Positions 33,269 to 36,489 of a stretch of DNA of 36,489 nt are shown here, piece by piece. Source of the stretch: Minisyncoccota bacterium (GTDB lineage: Bacteria > Patescibacteriota > Minisyncoccia > Phycocordibacterales > Phycocordibacteraceae); contig DATLDL010000039.1 of assembly GCA_035525885.1 (NCBI GenBank), positions 1 through 36,489 on the forward strand. The letters are read 5' to 3'. The notes below the pieces were generated by a model. That model was not told the origin of the DNA and made no database searches. It was given only the letters and a program-made list of their open reading frames with translations. How positions within the stretch are numbered: the first letter of the stretch is position 1; each line of letters opens with the position of its first letter. The position numbers and the translations under genes are program-made.

Positions 33269-33452
33269 CCCCTCGAGGCAAATCTTGAGCGAAGGCATGT
33301 TGCGAGGAGAGGCTTCGCAGCCGGGTAGGCGAGACGGAGCGAAATTTCAGCAGAAATTTACGCGTACTCCCGCAGCAATATGCAGAGCGAGAGGCGCCCA
33401 ATCATCCTCTAGGCATTTGAGGGTAAAAACTATAAACTAGTACCAAACAACT

Positions 33453-34871
33453 ATGGGTTATCGCCCCACCATCGGTCTTGAAGTGCATGCAGAACTTCGT
33501 ACGCAAACGAAGATGTTCTGTTCCTGCAAAAACGACCCTGATGAGGAGCGGCCAAATATACACATCTGTCCGGTGTGTCTTGCGCATCCCGGTACTCTGC
33601 CAGTGCCAAACAAAGAAGCGGTCCGACATATTTTGCGCATGGGAGCAGCAATTGGAGGAAAGCTCTCGACTACGTTTAGTGAGTTCGATCGTAAAAGTTA
33701 CTTTTATCCCGATATTGCAAAGGGATACCAGATCACGCAGTACGAGTATCCGTTTGTAAAAGGAGGAACTCTTTCAGGGGTTGCCATTACGCGTATCCAT
33801 CTCGAAGAAGATACGGCGCGCTCAACACACGCGGGCGGGAAATCACTCATTGATTTCAATCGAGCTGGTGTGCCGTTGATGGAACTCGTCACTGAGCCAG
33901 TGATTCATGATGCAGAGACCGCCGGAACATTTGCACGCGAACTGCAGCTGCTCTTGCGCACCTTGCGCGCCGGGGAAGCAAATTTGGAAAAAGGAGAGAT
34001 GCGGATCGAAGCAAATATCTCTGTTTCAAAAGAAGAAGGGAAGTTTGGTACCAAAGTTGAAATCAAAAACCTCAACTCATTCCGATCTGTTGAGCGCGCC
34101 ATTGAGTATGAAGTACAGCGTCAGATCGCTGAGATCGAGAAAGGAGGGAAGGTGGTGCAAGAGACTCGCGGATGGAACGAAGGAAAACAAGAAACCTTCC
34201 ATCAACGATTTAAGGAGGGTAGTGCAGACTATCGTTATTTCCCAGAGCCGGATGTGTCAAAACTTATATTGAGTGACGTCGCAGAATTTTCAGAAATCGC
34301 AATCAAAGAAAGTCTTCCAGAACTTCCGTGGGAAAAGCGTGCACGGTACGCATCAACCTACGCACTCCCCGATGCTGCGATCATGTACCTTACGGGAACG
34401 AGTGAGCGCGCCGCTTTTTTTGATTCGGTTGCATCGGCACTACAAAACGAAAACGCACTCGTGCTCCTTGCGGCAAACTACATTGTTTCCGACCTTACAG
34501 GTATTTTTGCTAAAACGGGTGTTGAGACATATGAAAAAATAGATCCAAGATCAATTGCCACATTGATACGTATGACGAATGAGGGGAAGCTCTCATCACG
34601 CGGCGCAAAAGATCTTCTCAGTGTCTTGGTGGAAGTTGGCGGTGATCCTGAGTCTATTGCGTCGGAGAAAGGATTGCTGCAGGTCAATGACACGAGTGCG
34701 CTTGGCGCCATTGTGGACGGCGTGCTCGCTGCAGAAACAAAGGCGGTTGAAGAGTATCGTGCAGGAAAGGAGGCAGCTCTGCAGTACTTGGTAGGGAAGT
34801 CTATGAAGGCGAGTGCGGGTGCCGGGAATCCGGGCGTCCTGAAGGAGCTCATTACACAGAAATTGAGCTAA
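33453..34871 (+). CDS. gatB: Asp-tRNA(Asn)/Glu-tRNA(Gln) amidotransferase subunit B
   Basis: 472 aa. PTIGLEVHAELRTQTKMFCSC and CPVCLAHPGTLPV are present, along with a C-terminal YqeY-like tail. Confidence 0.95.
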   Translation: MGYRPTIGLEVHAELRTQTKMFCSCKNDPDEERPNIHICPVCLAHPGTLPVPNKEAVRHILRMGAAIGGKLSTTFSEFDRKSYFYPDIAKGYQITQYEYPFVKGGTLSGVAITRIHLEEDTARSTHAGGKSLIDFNRAGVPLMELVTEPVIHDAETAGTFARELQLLLRTLRAGEANLEKGEMRIEANISVSKEEGKFGTKVEIKNLNSFRSVERAIEYEVQRQIAEIEKGGKVVQETRGWNEGKQETFHQRFKEGSADYRYFPEPDVSKLILSDVAEFSEIAIKESLPELPWEKRARYASTYALPDAAIMYLTGTSERAAFFDSVASALQNENALVLLAANYIVSDLTGIFAKTGVETYEKIDPRSIATLIRMTNEGKLSSRGAKDLLSVLVEVGGDPESIASEKGLLQVNDTSALGAIVDGVLAAETKAVEEYRAGKEAALQYLVGKSMKASAGAGNPGVLKELITQKLS

Positions 34872-34900
34872 AGGCGAACTTTACTGTGAGTATTAGTGAT

Positions 34901-34925
34901 AACCGGCGCTATGCTGGTTTTTTCA
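34901..34925 (+). terminator. candidate rho-independent terminator after gatB
   Basis: AACCGGC pairs with GCTGGTT (7 bp including one G-U) around the loop GCTAT. TTTTTT follows. Confidence 0.45.
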
Positions 34926-34965
34926 TATCTCGGCATGGCGAGAGAGTGGGATATACACAAAGCAC

Positions 34966-34994
34966 TTACATCCAAGACGAGATAGCGCTATACT
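34966..34994 (+). promoter_or_regulatory. sigma70-type promoter TTACAT-17 nt-TATACT, with the -10 box 7 nt upstream of ATG 35002 (leaderless-type)
   Basis: TTACAT at 34966-34971, an exactly 17-nt spacer, TATACT at 34989-34994, then a 7-nt gap to the ATG. There is no SD. Confidence 0.5.
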
Positions 34995-35001
34995 ACTGGC
35001 C

Positions 35002-35799
35002 ATGAACGAGATCGTTATTGACGATAAAAAATATATCTCCTCCAAACAAGCAGCCGAACTCACTGGTTATGCAAAAGATTACGTGGGCCAGCTTTGCCGA
35101 GAAGGCCGAGTCCCAGCTCGGCTCATTGGGCGTAGTTGGTACGTATTAGCTTCTGCAATCCAGGATCATAAATTTGGCACTGAAGAGGTAAAAAAGGCCC
35201 CACTATCAACTGCACCTCAGACTATAAAAGAGTCCGTGCTCGCGCAGACTTGGGAAGCTCCACGATATAAGCAAGAAACAGAAAGCCATTTTCCATCAAT
35301 AAATAAACTATCCGCTCCACGTCCACAAGCTCCAGAAAGGGGTCCAGAAGAAGAGAAGACAGACGAGCTCGGTACCATGCAGGTCATGCATGACGCTTGG
35401 AAAGATTGGTTTTCGGGTATCAAACAGCAAGAATCAAAAGCAGCAGTTGAGAGTGCAGAACCGGCAATGGAGATACGTGAGGAGTCGAAAGAACTCTTTA
35501 TTGAGACTGCTGAGGTACAGATTCCCATACACGCCGTAGAACGGGCGGAAATAGCACCTATTAAGCGATACGGTGAGTCGGAGATTCCTCAAGAGATGGT
35601 ACAGAAAGAGACTTCTGGATCGAATCCTCCCAAGAAGGGCAAAAAGAGATCGAATCGTTTACTTAAAGCGCTTTTTCTACTTACGGCTCTCAGTTCAGTT
35701 TTTCTAGGCGTAATTGGTCTTGGTTTTGCAGATAAAATAATCTCGTCTCAAATTTACCTATATCAACTAGCAGGAATCACTGTCATAAAAGATAAGTAA
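35002..35799 (+). CDS. membrane-anchored helix-turn-helix protein (excisionase/MerR-like HTH_17 N-domain, acidic linker, C-terminal TM helix)
   Basis: 265 aa. The N-terminus YISSKQAAELTGYAKDYVGQLCREGRVPARLIGRSWYV resembles HTH_17/Xis-type DNA-binding domains. The middle is low-complexity and rich in Glu, Pro and Lys. A basic patch KKGKKRSNR precedes the TM helix LLKALFLLTALSSVFLGVIGLGF. Confidence 0.7.
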   Translation: MNEIVIDDKKYISSKQAAELTGYAKDYVGQLCREGRVPARLIGRSWYVLASAIQDHKFGTEEVKKAPLSTAPQTIKESVLAQTWEAPRYKQETESHFPSINKLSAPRPQAPERGPEEEKTDELGTMQVMHDAWKDWFSGIKQQESKAAVESAEPAMEIREESKELFIETAEVQIPIHAVERAEIAPIKRYGESEIPQEMVQKETSGSNPPKKGKKRSNRLLKALFLLTALSSVFLGVIGLGFADKIISSQIYLYQLAGITVIKDK

Positions 35800-35835
35800 A
35801 TAAAGGTTTTCTCGTCTCGTATATACAAGTCTGAT

Positions 35836-35847
35836 TTGATATATCAA
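35836..35847. repeat. perfect 12-bp palindrome TTGATATATCAA
   Basis: Read directly from the sequence. It lies 37 nt after the stop of the HTH gene, in the AT-rich tail. Confidence 0.9.
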
Positions 35848-36114
35848 GGAAGTAATATAAAATCACAAATTTATTATTTTCTGCGGATTTTTATACAGAT
35901 TTCTTTAAAAAAGAGCGATTTTTTGTAATAAGGAGGCAATCACTACATATCTCTATGCAAAGAACAATTTATTCTTCGCACAATGTAATGAGATATAATT
36001 TTGCGAAGATAAAAATTCAACTAAAGTACGAAAACTTTTGATAGAAACGTCATTTAAAACATACATTTATATAGGTAGAGCGGATAGCCGGAATAACTAG
36101 TGTATATAAAGCGC

Positions 36115-36130
36115 ATTAGCAATTGCTAAT
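36115..36130. repeat. perfect 16-bp palindrome ATTAGCAATTGCTAAT, nested inside the AGCCGG...CCGGCT inverted pair (36085-36090 / 36132-36137)
   Basis: Read directly from the sequence. It could be an operator-like site or an RNA hairpin. Its function is unknown. Confidence 0.9.
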
Positions 36131-36489
36131 CCCGGCTGTTCTTAGAGGAATACATGTAAGTCAACGCCTATAGGGAAGAAAGTTGCTCGATAGAGTAATA
36201 AATCACAGGTTTTGTTGACAAAGAACCGTCATAGCGAGCTTGGTTTGGCAGCAAATGACCATTTGTAGCTGTAACAGGACCTCAAACCCGCTCCCCTGGG
36301 TAATAAACCGATCAAAAAAGACTTGCAGATCATCGGAGGTGACATATGGATTTTATGAAAATTTTTCAAATGTAGAAAGGCAAAAAAGTTTTTATTTTTA
36401 ATGCGACTTATCCACAAAGAAAATAGGAGGAATAACAGAATAGCAAGGTAGAATCTAAGTAATTCGGCTATCCGACATGGATCCTCTCT

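Noticed and set aside
33297-33440. 47-codon ORF (MLRGEASQPGRRDGAKFQQKF...) in the obg-gatB spacer
   Set aside because: Its composition is Arg/Ala/Gly-rich and typical of random GC-rich frames. It has no SD or -10 context and nothing resembling a known small protein.
36229-36417. 62-aa minus-strand ORF in the AT-rich tail
   Set aside because: It starts at TTG with no SD. Its composition is low-complexity and shows no motifs. It is probably a chance ORF, though I cannot exclude it without comparative data.
36081-36474. Inverted 10-mers CGGATAGCCG / CGGCTATCCG as terminal inverted repeats of a MITE-like element
   Set aside because: Only 10 contiguous bp match, plus a gapped AAT. My rough estimate is that a match like this within a 700-nt region has a chance on the order of tens of percent. 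I see no target-site duplication. I kept it as a note under the AT-rich tail finding rather than calling it a mobile element.
1-36489. Search by eye for CRISPR repeats, tRNA or rRNA genes, transposase or integrase genes, toxin-antitoxin pairs, and recognisable defence-system genes
   Set aside because: I found no regularly spaced direct repeats, no tRNA T-loop (GGTTCGAATCC-like) or rRNA signatures in the intergenic regions, and no ORF with DDE, tyrosine or serine recombinase, nuclease or ATPase-defence hallmarks. Absence by eye is weaker evidence than a tool-based scan.

Overview
Gene-dense bacterial DNA that uses the standard code: TGA acts as a stop, and many adjacent genes share ATGA stop/start overlaps. 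I support about 37 CDS. I recognised no rRNA, tRNA, CRISPR array, transposase or integrase.

Positions 1-28370 form one very large cell-surface glycan and glycosylation locus. It contains:
- 4 GT4-type glycosyltransferases, one of them partial
- 4 Dpm1/GtrB-type GT2 enzymes, one fused to a polytopic membrane domain and one fused to a degenerate methyltransferase domain
- 2 further GT-A-type transferases
- 1 GtrA-family protein
- 3 free-standing GT-C-like polytopic membrane proteins
- a dTDP-3-amino-3,6-dideoxyhexose sub-operon (RfbB, an FdtA-like isomerase, a DegT-family aminotransferase)
- 7 methyltransferase genes, one of them frameshifted
- a Wzx-type flippase
- a Wzy_C (O-antigen ligase/polymerase family) protein with a TPR tail
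- a YvcK/CofD-family gene, plus a small DUF218 / membrane-hydrolase-like pair that has its own promoter and terminators

Positions 28367-34871 hold housekeeping genes (murB, secA, obg, gatB). An unannotated 27-codon Lys/Arg-rich ORF sits between two terminators in this block.

The window ends with a membrane-anchored helix-turn-helix protein and a 690-nt AT-rich stretch with no convincing ORF. My spot counts put that stretch at about 30% GC, against about 45-75% elsewhere.

Recurrent sequence-level themes:
- -10-like boxes lie 6-9 nt upstream of the ATG of operon-first genes, which suggests leaderless mRNAs.
- Downstream genes reinitiate through ATGA overlaps without a Shine-Dalgarno (SD) sequence.
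- All three convergent gene junctions overlap at their 3' ends.
- One divergent gene pair has overlapping start codons.

The compact layout and gene content fit a streamlined bacterium without an outer membrane, possibly CPR/Patescibacteria-like. This is inference only.
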